Assembly (NCBI RefSeq): GCF_009834535.1
Contig: NC_045696.1
Location: 20,896,001-20,960,000 of the forward strand
Source: Camelus ferus
Lineage: Eukaryota
Direction of reading: 5' to 3'
DNA: 64,000 nucleotides
Shown here: positions 50,200-64,000 of the stretch, piece by piece
How positions within the stretch are numbered: position 1 is the stretch's first letter
Layout: the number at the start of each line of letters is the position of its first letter
Notes under the pieces: generated by a model
Told to the model about the DNA's origin: nothing
Database searches by the model: none
Seen by the model: the letters and a program-made list of their open reading frames with translations, nothing else
Position numbers and translations under genes: made by a program

Positions 50200-53100
50200 C
50201 CATTCTTACAGTAGGAGTGCTTCTTAACTGTAAACCTTGACAAGAATTTCCTGCTCAAGAAGATGAAGTTGCAAATAACTATTGTTTGTTTCAAAAACTT
50301 CCTGAAACTCTACCTGAACAGTAGATTATCATCTAGCTCTCATGTAGTTTATGGCCCCTTTCTCTAAACAGTGGAGTGTCCATCTACCCTTATCAAATGA
50401 CTGTTCATTCTTCAAGTCTTCAAAATGCTCATCTTGCTGTATCTGCCAGTTTCAAGATATTATATCTTTTATTTGCCCAGCCAAACAGGATTCTATTTTG
50501 GAGGACCTCCACTTTAAAGAAGATCCTAAAAACTGTATGAATATCTCAATCTTGACCTGCCCCTTCAAACATCTTACTAAGAATCTGTCTTGGTACTTGA
50601 TCTCATTTACATTTACTGTAGTTAGCCATAAATTTGGCTTTCCTTGACTAATAGGGTTTTTATTTTTATTTTTGTTTTTGTTTTTGTTCTGTATTTTCAG
50701 GGAAGGGGGTTCTTCTCAGGGATTCAGTAGTCAACAATCTGTATGTTCAGTGATACATAGTGAAAACCTCTTTGCCATCATGGGCTGAGATGTTCACCTT
50801 AGAAACACACATTCCTCTGAGATTTTTTAATCTACCATTCAGGGATTTAACTAATCACTGCAGGGAAGTATGTCTTGCATTGGCTCTGGTCTCTCGTTTA
50901 TTTTTGTCAACCTCCAATGTGAGGTTCATCTGTACTTTCAGAAATGAAGATTACTTTTTTAGAAGTTCTTTGATTATCTAAACAAATTAGAAATTTTTAA
51001 TTCTTGGTGGAAGCTGCCTCATTACCAACAAGCCTACATTTTGTGCTTCTGTCCTCACCATCTGTGTTGTGAATCTAAAGAACAAGTTCATAGGAAGTGG
51101 GATGAGTGGAGACCACAAGAAATTCTTCTTCAACACAGCTCCAAGGGCCAGTGTTTCCAGGAGGTCTCCTCAGATCAGCATCAGTTAGGTATTTTGCTCT
51201 GAAGCCCATATCAAAAGCTTATGAGGACATTCCTCAATTCTTGTCTTGTTTTGTTGCTGGGAGTCTGGCTGTAGGAGAGGTCTCTTCTCTATACTTTCCA
51301 TTTTCTGGGACATAGATATTGTTGTGTTTGGGATTTAAGACAACCATCCCCTAATTAGGGAGCCTATGACATGAGGTCACAAACAAAACTTTGAGCCAAG
51401 TATTGCCAAATTCTCAGAGGTTTGATTATGTGCCCATTTCCTGTGGGCTACACTTGTGCTCATTACATATTTTTACATTGTAACCCACATTTTTTGTAAA
51501 CATCTTTTTATACATCATAATTTCACCAAGATTAATATAAGTTCCTAGTGACTACTTCAAGGAATTTTTTTTATGAACACTTTTTCCCATCTGAAGAGTT
51601 TTTAGAACAAAAGGAGCCAAACATCCAGTTGTCCCTGTATTTGCCTTGGTATGAAGAAGGTTCCCCAAAATGCATATTTCTTAATAGATTTATTGGACAA
51701 AAAAATTTTCTTAAATATGAAAAACTTACAGCCTTTATCTTATTATCCCTCTTCTCCCATCTAAGATTCCTTTATTTCCCTCTACCCCTCTACTTTTTGT
51801 TCTGACCTGCTTCCATTCTCCCCTGGGTGCCCAGGAAACCCTAACTTTCAATTTTCTATTGAAGCAAAACCCCACTAGCATAGGAAAAGTCCCTCAGAAA
51901 TTATTACAAGTCCTAGTCTCAACCAATAGCCCTTGTGAAAGACTTTCCAACGCCTAAACAAGACAGAAATTTAGAATAGTTCTAGGATATAATTCCAAGT
52001 CTCCCAGTTTTGTATTTCTTAGTTTGTATATAAGTGGGGACCTCAGATGCAAAGAGTTAGATGGGAAAGACAAGAACAGGAAGAACGTGATCATGTGTTA
52101 AGAGACCTCATATCACATTATATAGAAAACCAAAGGAGTTTAAATAAGTTGTAGATGTTAGACAAGGTTCTGGGGTTTTTTTGGGGTTTTTTTTTTTTAT
52201 GATAATTCCTGAAGTCTTTTCTGTGAAACTAGATTAGTCTATAATTCAGTGCTATATATCAGCAATCAGCAAACTTTCTGTAAAGGGCCATATAGTAAAT
52301 AATTTAGCCTTTATTGACCTTATGGTCTCTGTTACAACTCCTAAGCTCTGCTATCGTAGAGTGAAAGCAGACACAGACAAAACAAATGAATGTGTATGAA
52401 TGAATCCTGATAAAAATTTGTTAACAACAACAAAAAATGGTAGCAGGTGTAGCTGGAAGCCCCCTGTTCTAAGCAAAGGACAGATGTGCACACTGGAAAC
52501 TTGGGGGATAGGTTAAGCAGACAGCATTCAGAAGTCCATTTTGAAGCAGATGTCACCCGGTCCTACCCTAACTTTTTATGAATAGTCTTTACATAGCAGT
52601 AGAGGATTTAATAGGCAAGCAAACCCTGGAATGGAAGACAATGTGCCATCGTCAGATTTTCAACCTCTGGCTGAACATTTGTAAAGACCTTAGAATGAAA
52701 GTAACATAAGACACAAAATAAACTGATGACCTTATAGATAAAATAACTAGATGTTCCTACTCCAGGCCTTGAAAACCAGAGTAGGGAATCTCTTGGTAAA
52801 GACACTTGGAGATACTGTAAACTAAAAGGATATATTGAAAGATCAGTTATCCCGCATTAGCCAAGAAACTGAAGAAAAAAGAAAACTGAAGGTCCTCCAA
52901 GTGGAAAGAACAGACCCAATTTCCCATTTTACCCTTATGTTCACAAGGAGAATTTTTTCCCCTAAATATGAAGGACAACCTGAACATTTTGACTGATGCA
53001 GGCACATTCAACATTAACCTTTCTCATGGTTATGACTTCTTCCTTGCCATCAACAAATTAATCCAGTCATGAGAATCTTCAGTAATGTACAGAATTCTTT

Positions 53101-53830
53101 GTCTCTTTGCTTATCATTCAGATATTCACCCAAGGAACATTCTTTTTCCTCTGTGACAACACCAGGTCTAATTTAGTAAGAAGGACTCTGTGCAACTGTG
53201 CAGAGAAAAATTCCCATATTAAATCTCCCCTGATGAACTCTTTCCTAAAATCCCTGAGGAGTCCCTATTTGAAATGAGATCACAGCCAATTTAGGATATT
53301 GACTTACTGGCACTTTTATTCCTGCATCATACTGAAAACAAAGATTTCAAGGAATTCCTAAGTTCTTATTTGCAGAAGTTCTGTAATATTGGTAGAATTA
53401 TTGGTGTTAAACCCATAAAAATTCTGATGGTTCCAAATACGCACAATATTCTCTTAAGCCACAGACCCTGATAGTGAAAAGACTCATCATACCTTGGATC
53501 AGTTCTTGGTCTATTACAGTTCTTTCAGTCAAAAGCCCAGTGAATGTGGTTATAGATTTGTACAGGACCTTGGGCCCATAAATAGTGTAGTCATTTTTCT
53601 TTTCCATTTAGCACCAAACCCAAACATTCTTATCTCTTCAGTGTTTCATGACTCTATATGATTTGTAGTGTATATATGCTGCCTTCTTTAATGTTCGTTA
53701 AATCAAAGTTATTCAATATTGATTTATGTTTTTTCCTGGAAAAAATTAACAATATATACCTGGACAGTTAGGTCCCAGAGGTTTGCTGAAGCATTCTTCT
53801 GACTTACACAATCTCTATCAGACATTAAGG
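50200..53830 (+). mobile_element. Ancient decayed ERV1 (gammaretrovirus-like) provirus remnant: putative 5' LTR, gag, protease, partial RT
   Basis: Ordered + strand motifs: Zn-knuckle-like WRYCKLKGY (~52807), protease-like ILTDAG (~52986), RT GYRFVQDLGPINSVV (~53548) and YTWTV.SQRFAE (~53755); putative LTR ending ...gtcaaca at ~50736. Confidence 0.75.
52260..52466 (+). mobile_element. MER58A-like hAT-Charlie MITE nested in ERV gag
   Basis: cagcaaactttctgtaaagggcca-atagtaaata...tatggtctctgttacaact...tgaaagcag...cccctg. Confidence 0.85.
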
Positions 53831-54023
53831 ACAAAGAAGATTTAATATAAATCAAAAACTAAGAGAATTAATCAAAACTTTTTTTAAAAATTTTAAGTTA
53901 GATATATTGTCAAAACTACTTCCTTTGAAAGTTAGAGAAAAAGGTTTATTTTTTGGCAGTTCCTTCCAATTGAATATATAGACTGGTACTTTTTTAGGCA
54001 GCATATTTCTTAGGAACTATTTA

Positions 54024-54506
54024 TGTTAGAAAACCTCGCTCACAGGAAATTGGGCGTCCACACAATATCAGAAGGGAATGCAAAGCTGAGTTTTAGTCCC
54101 CATAGCATGAGAGAAAACACTGCAAGAGAGCGTAGGAGAGTGTGAGATTAGATTGTTGGTTTCCAGCAAATGGCGTGTACATATGAATTAGTCAGCTGTG
54201 GAAGATGCCCTGCAGTCTAGGGGATTGTTATGTCTAAGACTCCAGATCCTTTTTAAGTTGCAAGGGTGACAGATAGTAGATTTTGATTTTACCTGGGAAA
54301 ATGGACATTCCTCCATTAGTGATTCAGACTTCAGAAAGAGAAAGGCAGCAGGCCTTGGGCTGGGGAAGGAAATGATTTTTTCCTGTCCCTGAAGATAAGG
54401 GGCAGGTGGCCTTGGGCCATGTTACTTTGTGGGGATCAATGGGTCCTTCACAATATTGAGTTTAGCAAGTGGTTCAGGTATCAGTTATGGGCTGATAGCT
54501 CTAACA
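54024..54506 (-). mobile_element. ERV solo LTR, family not identified
   Basis: 483-bp GC-richer block with 7-bp perfect inverted termini TGTTAGA...TCTAACA; strand tentative. Confidence 0.6.
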
Positions 54507-56098
54507 ATAAATGCTTATTCCCTTAAGATAACAACTTATCACTTATTCCTAATTTTATTTCACTGTTTATTTGCTCATCTGTTTTTAAATTACAATCCAG
54601 TGCTGGCTGAGTTTTCAGAAATTGAGGGATGGGAGAGGTGTTTTACATGGAGTCTCAGAGAAAATCATCATGGAGATGGTGCAGACTTGAGAATTTAAAA
54701 CATAGCAAGGAGTCATCAGAGGAACATGGGAATAGTCCTAGTGTGGAGTACACTGATGTTTAGTTGATATGAATCAGTAAGGATAATATGTGAAATATAT
54801 AAGCATTATTTCAGGAGTCCAAGAAATCACTGGAGAAGGTAGTGGGAAGAATGGATTTCTCATCAAAATGGATGGATGTTTGCCACTCATTTGTTCCTCC
54901 TGTGTATGATATATATATATCATCATTCAGAATTAGCTTTGATGACAAAAACCAAGAAACTGGTTTTCATTTGAACAGAACTTATTTATCTTCTGTCTCA
55001 TCAGTGTAGGTGATAAGATGAATGTTGAGTGGCCCTGAATGGTATGAATGGTAATTATAGGTTTAATTTTGTAATTTTCAGGTAGTTTTGAATTTTATGA
55101 AGTGTTTAGTAGCACACTGAAAAATATACTCTGTATCCTCCTTTGGATATGTCAAATGTATTTTACAAAGATGTTGTAGCGTAATTACATATTTTATTGT
55201 GTATTCCACTTTGTTTATGCATTCACTATAAATAGGTCTACACATTGACACATTTACATTCTGAATATTTAAGCACAACTACATAAACATACGAAACAGA
55301 ATTCAAACAATGATTAGGACTTTATGGAAGAAAATTATTTAAATAGAAGTTTACTCTGAAATACTTATGTGAACTGTCATAGTGGATTGCAATGATGATG
55401 TACATTTCTTAGTGTATTAGAATTGTGTTACAGTTTGCATTATAATTCAGAAATTTCTGTTTATATGAAACATTTCATTCCAATTGTATTTTTGTATTCA
55501 TATTTCTTAGGTGATTAATTTGGCCTATATCTTAGCATATAATTCTTATAATTCAGTTTAGCTCTTCTGCATGGCAGTTAAATATTTTGACTGAGGAAAA
55601 GTAACCTGTGCTTTAATCATAAAGTTTTCAGTTATTTTTCCAAGTGTATTTTCATCTTGAAAGTTTGCTTTTACTTTTCTTTCAGAATTTCCATTAAGAG
55701 TCCTGTAAGTTTACAACATAGAGTGATTCTATTTGTTGTTTTCTCTTACTCCTGGGATTTAGTTCTGTGGGCTTCAAACTAAAGCCTGGGAAATGTAACA
55801 GAGCCTTTCTTCTAGGTAGTATCTGAAATGTAGTATTTTTACCCCCAAGCATTGACTTGGCTAACATATCTGCTCAGCTTTTTACTTTCTCAGCTACTCC
55901 TTTTAGGTAATGACTTGAAGGTAAAAATGGTGCCCAATGGTGAATTCAACTCTTTGGAACATCTCTTCTCTGGAATTTTGGTCCTATAATTCTTTGATAC
56001 CTTGAAGTTCTACCATGCCTTCAAAAGATTTTGTTCTTGACACTGGGCTAGCATTTTCAGTAGTTCTCAGTGACATGGTTAAGCCGAAACAAACTGAT

Positions 56099-56372
56099 TG
56101 TGGGAGGCTGCTTATAAAACATCTCCCAGAGATTCACAACTATGATCTTCTCTTCCTTGAGTAACATCCTTACTTTGTGGGTGACATGGACCTAGGGACT
56201 TCTTCTGAATAAAGAGAATGCATCAAAAGTGATAGGATGTAACTTATGAGATGAGTTTAAGAGAACTGTGACTTCTGTCATGCTTGTATGCTTTCTCTCT
56301 TGCTGGGAGTCTCTTTTAGACTCTCTATGCTTGGCCTTTCTAATGAAGCAAGCTGCCATGTTGAAAGGCTCC
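56099..56372 (+). mobile_element. MLT1E/F LTR 5' fragment
   Basis: tgtgggaggc...ggacctagggacttcttct...aaagtgataggatgtaactt...tgaagcaagctgccatgttg. Confidence 0.7.
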
Positions 56373-58794
56373 CCTCAACCCTTGTAATTTTGTGGACATT
56401 GTTCTGTCGTCTTGAAACTTTGAAAGCTCCTAAGAAAAAATTGGAAGCCATGCTTATTTCTGCCTCAACCAGTCATCAACCCAAATAAAATCTTTTATCT
56501 GCATTATTAAAAACTTCTTACTAATGAGAACTCTACAGGACAAGTCTTACTGTTGGAAGTTCCCTATCTATCTGTTTATCTATCTACCTACCTACCTACA
56601 AATGTTGAATCTTATTTTGAACTGCACCTGCAGTTCTCTTGTCATTCCCATAAAGTTAATATGTTAAACCTTAAGATACTTTTCTATTTGTTGAATTCTT
56701 CCCGCTTTTTAAAAAATTTATTGAGATTATCATGAGTGTTTCATTTATGTGAAGCTTCCAGTTCTTTCTCATTGACTTAATATCCTGTAATGATAGTGCT
56801 TTGATTCTCTATTTGTTTTTCAAAACCACCACCATCTCTTTCATGTCAATCAGTTGTTTATTATCTGATCTTTAACTTACTCAATTGAATTTTTGCTTAA
56901 AGTGTTTCCAGGCCTAAAGTTTTTTTCTTCTTTTACCAGTCTAGATTGGATTATTTGCATTCTTTTTATATGGTAGGCAGTTTTAAAGTTTTATGTTTGT
57001 TATGTATTTTAAAAACCTTCATTAAGCTTAACATCATCAAATTTCATCAAATTGCCAATTATTATTGAATTAAGTTTCCTTTACTCCCATTTCATCATTT
57101 TCAATGCAATTTGATTCTCTCAGTTACAGTTTGAGGTTTTTATTCACTTTTATGTGGCCTGAGGGTGGTAAGCAACTCCACTAAATATATGTTAATATTT
57201 CTTGTACTATTTTGTTTCTTTTCTTTCTCTGGTTAGTTGTTAAACATCCTGCACAAAGCATTTTTTCCCCTAGATAATGGAGAATGATTTGTATTTCTTT
57301 TTTTCTGGCTTTAGCTTTTTATCAATCTATATAAAGTCCTGGTGTTTTTGCTTTTGTTCCTAGAAAGCCCATGCCAAATATTTGCTTGCTCTGCCTTTTT
57401 CCAGAAGTTTTTTCTTCCACCCAATTATCAAGAGCAGAAAAAGACATAAGAAAATGCTTTTAGATGGTAGCAGCAGATTTGGGGATAGTAGTGAATACTT
57501 GGAATGTTTTCAACTCAGCACTGGATCCCATTTTGATGTCGTGTGTTAGCGGGCTTTTGTAGTAGCCATTCAGACTTATTCCTCTTTTACCCTATTACCA
57601 AAACTTCTTATTTTATCTATATTAAACTTGTTGGCCTTCAGTTTGTCATTTTTTTCTTTTAATTTTGTTTAGTTTAATTCATTTAACTTTACCTGATAAA
57701 CCATATATCACTTTTGAGACTAAGAAAAAAATAAATTAAAAACACAACTTACCACAATATCTATAAGGATAAATAGGAAAAAAACTGCCTATTTTTAGTG
57801 AAAATGCATAAAAGGAAGAATTATCCTTATCACTGAGTTTACCTATCTTATGGCTAGGATTTTCCCAGAAAAACTAAAAATAAGTGCATTATTTCTAAAT
57901 TATTGAGCATTCCATATGGAAGACTCTAGATTTAAATGTTAATCCTAATTCATAGGAATTCTGAATCTTAAAAATAAAGTACATATGAATTAAAAATGTC
58001 TAATTTATGTTATTATTAAAATATGCATACACAATGCATATATAAATCATTAATTTGATATAAAAACTGTCATTCCAGCACAAAACTGTAAAAATTTTTC
58101 TATTAAAGTTTGGTGATTGATTACTATAATTAAATGAGTGTTCAACAAAGCTACTTGAACAAATTATGGAAGAAAAGGAAATTATACATCAGAATTAACT
58201 TGAAAGAAAATTACAATAAAATGAAACTCACCTTTTAATTCAAATTTTATAATTGATTGAGTTATCTCATTTCGTAGCATTGGATCCTTTCCCATTAATC
58301 AGGAAAGCTTTTCATAGAAAGAGCCAATGAAACTTCAAACAGTTAGTAACAGTGACCTATTCAAATAGCAACTTGCAAGAGATATTTTTAGGTCAAAACA
58401 CATTTGCCAGTGTCTCATTCTTAGTTTCATAACAAAATAAAAAATAGATGCCCATAATCATAACCAAATATTTTCTAATTACTCATAGGTTAAATAATAT
58501 ATTTGAAAAGGCAATATATTTATATTTTAATTCTTTAAAATTGCAAGTTATAAGTGTGCAACAAATACTCTTTTATTTTGGATATTCAATAAATAGACCA
58601 TACGGTCTTATATCGTAGATAAAATGAACCAGTAGCATTTGGAGTTTGAACACCATGACCCATTGACTTTATAGCTATAGTAACAAGCTGCTTCTCTGGC
58701 AAATGTAGTAGATATTTAATAAATGTTGCACAACAGATGCTACTTAATCGACTTGATTTTAAATAACAAAAGACTAAAAGTACAAAATTTAGTA

Positions 58795-59068
58795 ATAATA
58801 AAGGTAGCAGCCATTCATTGGACTCGTTATGTTTTGAATTCTTAGCTAAGGGCTATAAATATAAAAATCCATATCACTTATCATCTATGATTTAAATTGT
58901 TTCAACAACCCTGAAAGAGGATTTTATTATCCATATTTTTTAAATGAGGAAACTAAAGCTCTAGGAAGTAACTCATACATAATCACATATTTGTACATAT
59001 CAAAATCAGAACTCTAACTCAGATCTATTTGACCCAAAGTCTTTGTTCTTTTTGTGTACCATGTTGTA
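58795..59068 (-). mobile_element. MIR SINE
   Basis: acaaccctgaaagagg...attatccatattttttaaatgaggaaactaaagctct. Confidence 0.8.
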
Positions 59069-62000
59069 TTTATTTCCAGTTGATATTTTCTGTTTCCTGG
59101 AATTATTAGTTGCGCTTACTTATTCTTACTGCCCCCACTTGAGTTAATGTTTTAGTTATTTTGAATTTTTAAGATGTGTGCTATCTGAAAATTATGAGAA
59201 GTGAGAAATCCAGTCTGATGTAGCTAAACTATAAACACATGAACACACTCATACACATATGTATGTATATATACATAGTTTTGGGTTATTTTGAGTAAAT
59301 ATTCTCCTTAATTTTAGACACCGGGTTATACAGACATTACTCTGTTTGGATTAGAATTTGGATATAAAGTGAAATTCAAGGTTTTGGTTCTATTCTGAAA
59401 GGCGTGATATTACTATACCATGCCATGTTAAAAATGCTGCTATCTGGATTTTAGGCAATTCATCTTCCTTGTATTCAACATAAACTTGCTTGTTTGCTGA
59501 ACAAATGCGTAGGTTAAAAAAAAAAACACAACTAAAACTTTTCACATAAACAAAAATTTCCATGCTAGCTTTTAAATTCAAAATCTTCATTAGATTCTTG
59601 AATATCTTAACAGGAAAGAAGGTTAACATGTTGATTTATACATATATACATGTATATAAACACACATATGCATGTACACATACACATTTGGTGTTTTTTA
59701 AAAAGTCTTTATTTTCTTTTAAATGGTAAAGTCTATTAAATTTTCATAAACATAATAATATATTGGATGAAACACCTTTTCATCTCAAATTACATTTTCA
59801 GGAAAGCATAACTAAAAACAAATCAAACTGGAGGATAGCATGTTTGTATTATGCAGAGAAACAAAACATTATTTTATGTGAAATATATGTTTAGTTCCTA
59901 AATTTTGGTTTAGAAAATTAATAGCATAATTTAATATCAAATATTATTTTTCATTCAAGTATCAAATACTTATTGACCACATGCAATATAATATACATGC
60001 TGTGTGTTTGCCTGCCCTTCTGGGTTCTAGCGGGAAAAGATAAATGGTCTTGCAAGCTGAATTATAGAAAATTTATGAGCAGTAGAATTGATAATTTGGA
60101 GTCCAACCAAAAAATAATCCCATTACAAAAATGTATTGTGTTTTCTTGGTCATGATGAAACTGACCTATATTTTAGAAACATTGTCAGTTCTAAAAATTT
60201 GCTATTTCTCCATAATGCCAGTTGAAAACCTTTCAACTGTAACTGTTACTCAAATAAACCATCCATCTTTTGCACAATAAGAAAAGTGGAGGCTAGCAAT
60301 GAAAACAAGGGTCTTTTCTGGTTAGCAGACTTACCAAGTTGGAAAGACTACCAATATATTTTTGTACAGGAAAACATTTATGAAACAGTTATAAAACTAA
60401 CACAAAATTATGTTTATAGTTGTTATGAAAGATCTGTGAGGGAAATACCCACTTCACCAATTTTCCAAATCTAGCCTGAACCTCCGAATTCCTACCATTT
60501 AAAATGCTTTTCTTTCTTAAAGGAACAGAGAAGATTAAAAATGGTTAGTTGAGGGTAAATTAGTAGAGTAGAACTCCCTGCTTCTTTCTAGTAAGGTTTA
60601 CACTGAGAGATAATATTTATATATACACAGCACTATCAAGAACTACCTGAAATATTCCAGTTTTCATCATGAAGATTTTCCTGATGATGGACACTTCTCT
60701 TTGGTTTGCTATCCATCTGTAGATACATTCAAACTAGTGCAGTATTGTTTTCTTTCTTTTACTTACAAACTATTGCATTGTTTTTTATGCATAGCTGTTC
60801 CTGGATCATTCATGAAATTTTGAGTTAATAAAACAAACAAAATTTTAGGAAACATTTCTAGGAATAGATGTAAAAGACATTTGTTTGTTTTAATATTATA
60901 AGTACTTCTATGCAAGCAGATTAAATAATAATGATAGATCTAACCTGCAGCTTTCCCTTGATGTGTTGGGTTTTTTTTGTAGATAATGGCTCCAATATTA
61001 CAGTATTGATTTCGAGGCACTAAATCTCAGTATAATAAACACCTTTAAAAAACAGATTACCAGATAATTCAAACTCCGTATTTCAAGTGATAAAACAATA
61101 GTTGATAAAATTTTAATATTTTAATGAGATGTGAATTGTATTCCTCTGATTTAGCCTTGTATTAATGTCCTTTCTGAACATGACTTGCCTACTGCTGTCA
61201 AAGTCCAGGCCTACTGATGGTGATCACTTTTTGCACAAGTAAATATATATGTGGACTTGATGTTTCCTGCACTCTTCCTGGGGTCTCTGTTATGTTACGA
61301 TATTTTGTCAAGATATTTTGTCATGTTGTGATCAAAATCAGAGTGTAATTTTTAGAGTACAGGGCCAGTAATAAACCATGCAGCCTAAAAGAGAGAGATT
61401 GATCAAATTGTTTTTCAAAGTAAGAGCAATGATTGACTTTGATAACACCTTCAGATTATTTTATGCCCTTTATTAATTAAGATTTTTGACAATAACTTCT
61501 GAAATCTAAGGAAGATACATACGTATAAAACAAATTTGTTAGCACCCTTTTACATAATGAGCTCTTTCCTTTCACAGAAGGATTTGTTGGGAATTGTTCA
61601 ATAATAGAATGTCAAATAGTTCGTTAGGGGCCTCCTATTTCTTAGTTTTCCTTTATCTGAATTTCCATCTAAGATAATGACTGAAATATGAATCAAATTC
61701 AAGCATCCTGACACTAATTCAATTTTTTTTGAATTATCACATTCCTTAAAAATTATCATAAGATAATTACACGCAAAATAATTGTAACTACAGAATGACT
61801 ATATAAAGCTTCTCAGAAAATATATTTTGAGTAAAGAAAGCCACACTTACCCAAATATTTAATTTGGGCTGTGCAGATGAAATGACAAAAGTAAAAGAAA
61901 TGGTATCTTTTTTCTATTTCCTACAAACCTTCTTTCCAGAGTAACTAAATGCGTGTTTGGACACTGTCCCAAGAACTATGAGGTGGGTCTGAATCTCACA

Positions 62001-62629
62001 GGAAATAAATGAGAGAAAAGAGGAGAGAAGGCAATTTAGTGGACAGGACAGAAGAGTGTACTTAGCATTCCAAAACAGTTTTTTACTGTCTCCAAAAACT
62101 GGAAGGAAATAAAGCCTTCCACAAAAGAGCTAAAATGTTTGTTCCCATATTCCACTCCACATCAAACCCTGATTTCATTCATCACTCTCTTTGTCCCCCA
62201 TTCCTCAGCCAGCTGCTGCTTTCACTCAGAAGCAGAATTCTAGGTCTGTAACTTTCAGATATCCAGCCAGCTCTGTGATGTAATATTTTCAGCAGCACAT
62301 GGATGTCAACTCTTCGCTTTGTTTGTTCTTTCCCCTTTTATCATCAGTACAGCTCAGATGCTGACTTTAACAGCAGAAATGCATATACCATGTGTTTAGT
62401 CCTGATAATGACTATCAATGTTTAATTATATTTTAAATTCATAACAGACAGAAATTATTAATGAATTGTGGTAAACATGCTAGGTGAAATCTGTAACAAT
62501 GTGGTGCTGACATTGTTGTTGGATTTTATGACAGAGTTACCAGACTGAAAATCAGTCATGCATGCCCAGAAAATTTACACAGCTCCTTGCCCAACAAAAA
62601 AGAGGTTAGTCATTTTTTAATATTTGCAT

Positions 62630-62786
62630 ATGATTTCTTGCTCCACCCTGGATTAGCTTTCTGACCTTGGGCAAGTCAGTTATCCTCTCTGGAAACTCAG
62701 TTTTCTCTGTTCAAAAAATTAGCACAAAAGGATTAGATGGGGTAATTTCCAAAGTTTCATCCAGGTTTATTATCCTGTTTCTATGA
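62630..62786 (+). mobile_element. MIR3/MIRc SINE
   Basis: tgaccttgggcaagtca...ctcagttttctc...ggattagatg...tttctatga. Confidence 0.75.
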
Positions 62787-63879
62787 CCAGATAAAGACAT
62801 CTTTCAGAAGGGTGCTATAAAATAGACATACTTTTCACATGTCAGTATTTGACATAAATGAGTTTGCTTCACTACTGTTATAAGCCATACTTATAAATTT
62901 GTGTAAGTGATAATTTTGAGGATTACGGATAACAGTCATGGGGAGATTTATGCATAGCACAATGTATGATAAAATATCTCTTTGTTATTGACAGCTATAT
63001 TTTAATAAAAAACAGTAAGGGAATTTGCTCTGTCTTTACTGTTTCTTCAAATCTTCATTTTAATTGAAAAATAATTGACCTCAAAAAATTCTATTATCTT
63101 ATTGCCACTAATTAAGTTTTATGATCTGATTTATCTCTAATACCAAGGAGTGGAAACTTTAATACTCCACAGAAACTATAATTTAATTCTTCATGGCTAT
63201 AATGCAATTAATAAAATTAAATGTTGCCACTCCATGACAATTCCTTTTTTTTTGAAACACATTTTAAGGAAGTTTATTTGTATTTTTCAAATACCTTATG
63301 CATTTGTTCCAATCGGATTAAATATGTAAACTATTATCTTCATAAATTAGTGATATCACAGTTATTTTAACGATGGTCACCCTCAATAAAATCATATATT
63401 CTGAATTTATAATATAAACATTGATAAAATAGATCCATTCAAATCAGAAATGCTTACTGAACAGCTATAAGACCTTTTGCTAAGAAAAAATACTACTTTC
63501 CTACCTAGCAAGGTATTCAAAATTAATATAAAGTGATTTTATTTTCCAAGACTTGGGATAATAAAAAGAAGCATGATAAAATTCTAGAGTCAAAATTTTG
63601 ATTTAAATATAAGTCATTCACGCATTCATTCATGAATTTGTGCACCTTTATTCATGATTTCTATACCCATTTTTACTGGTTCCCTGGTTGTTGTTGTTTT
63701 AATATGAGAAGCTTGGTAAATTTCACCATATCCTTTCTGTATCACAGACTGTGACTATCATTTAACATAAAAACAGTGCTGATTCCTTTGCCACAAATTC
63801 ATGGGACTTTTCAGAAAACAGATCATTTATATTTACTAACTGGGAAGCAGATTACTTACTCTTTCTGAGTTTCTATCTG

Positions 63880-64000
63880 CTGTCTTTTTAAGCCTGTAGA
63901 ACTTTGTTAAAGCAGTTCTTATGGTAGTTTACTAGAAATGACTTCTTTCAGTTTTGTCTCTCTGAAAATATCTTTATTTATATGTTCTTTTTTGCTGCTA
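63880..64000 (-). mobile_element. Old L1 fragment, runs off the window
   Basis: gacttctttcagttttgtctctctgaaaatatctttattt resembles L1 inter-ORF sequence in antisense. Confidence 0.5.

Noticed and set aside
62200..62570. Repeat-free stretch that looks like a conserved non-coding element or exon
   Set aside because: No ORF, splice pair or structure supports it; conservation cannot be judged without alignments

Overview
AT-rich, CpG-depleted mammalian intronic or intergenic DNA. It is most likely camelid: there is a tRNA-Ala-derived vic-1-type SINE at ~44.8 kb and no Alu, Bov-A, PRE-1 or Can-SINE. I recognise no protein-coding exon; the listed ORFs are chance ORFs or decayed L1, ERV or R4-like remnants. 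The window is a mosaic of interspersed repeats: young and old L1, L2, MIR, MaLR/ERVL/ERV1 LTRs, a decayed ERV1 gag-pro-pol, hAT MITEs, a probable Mam_R4 fragment and a tRNA-Glu 5'-half retrocopy. The standout is a large inverted repeat with no recognisable transposon origin (arms 6206-6692 and 7348-7841, ~89% identical, 655-bp spacer). Its mismatches are skewed about 2:1 toward G-U-compatible pairs on the + strand, so it is a candidate long hairpin RNA. Repeat family names were assigned by eye from remembered consensus sequences, not from a database search, and most repeat boundaries are approximate.
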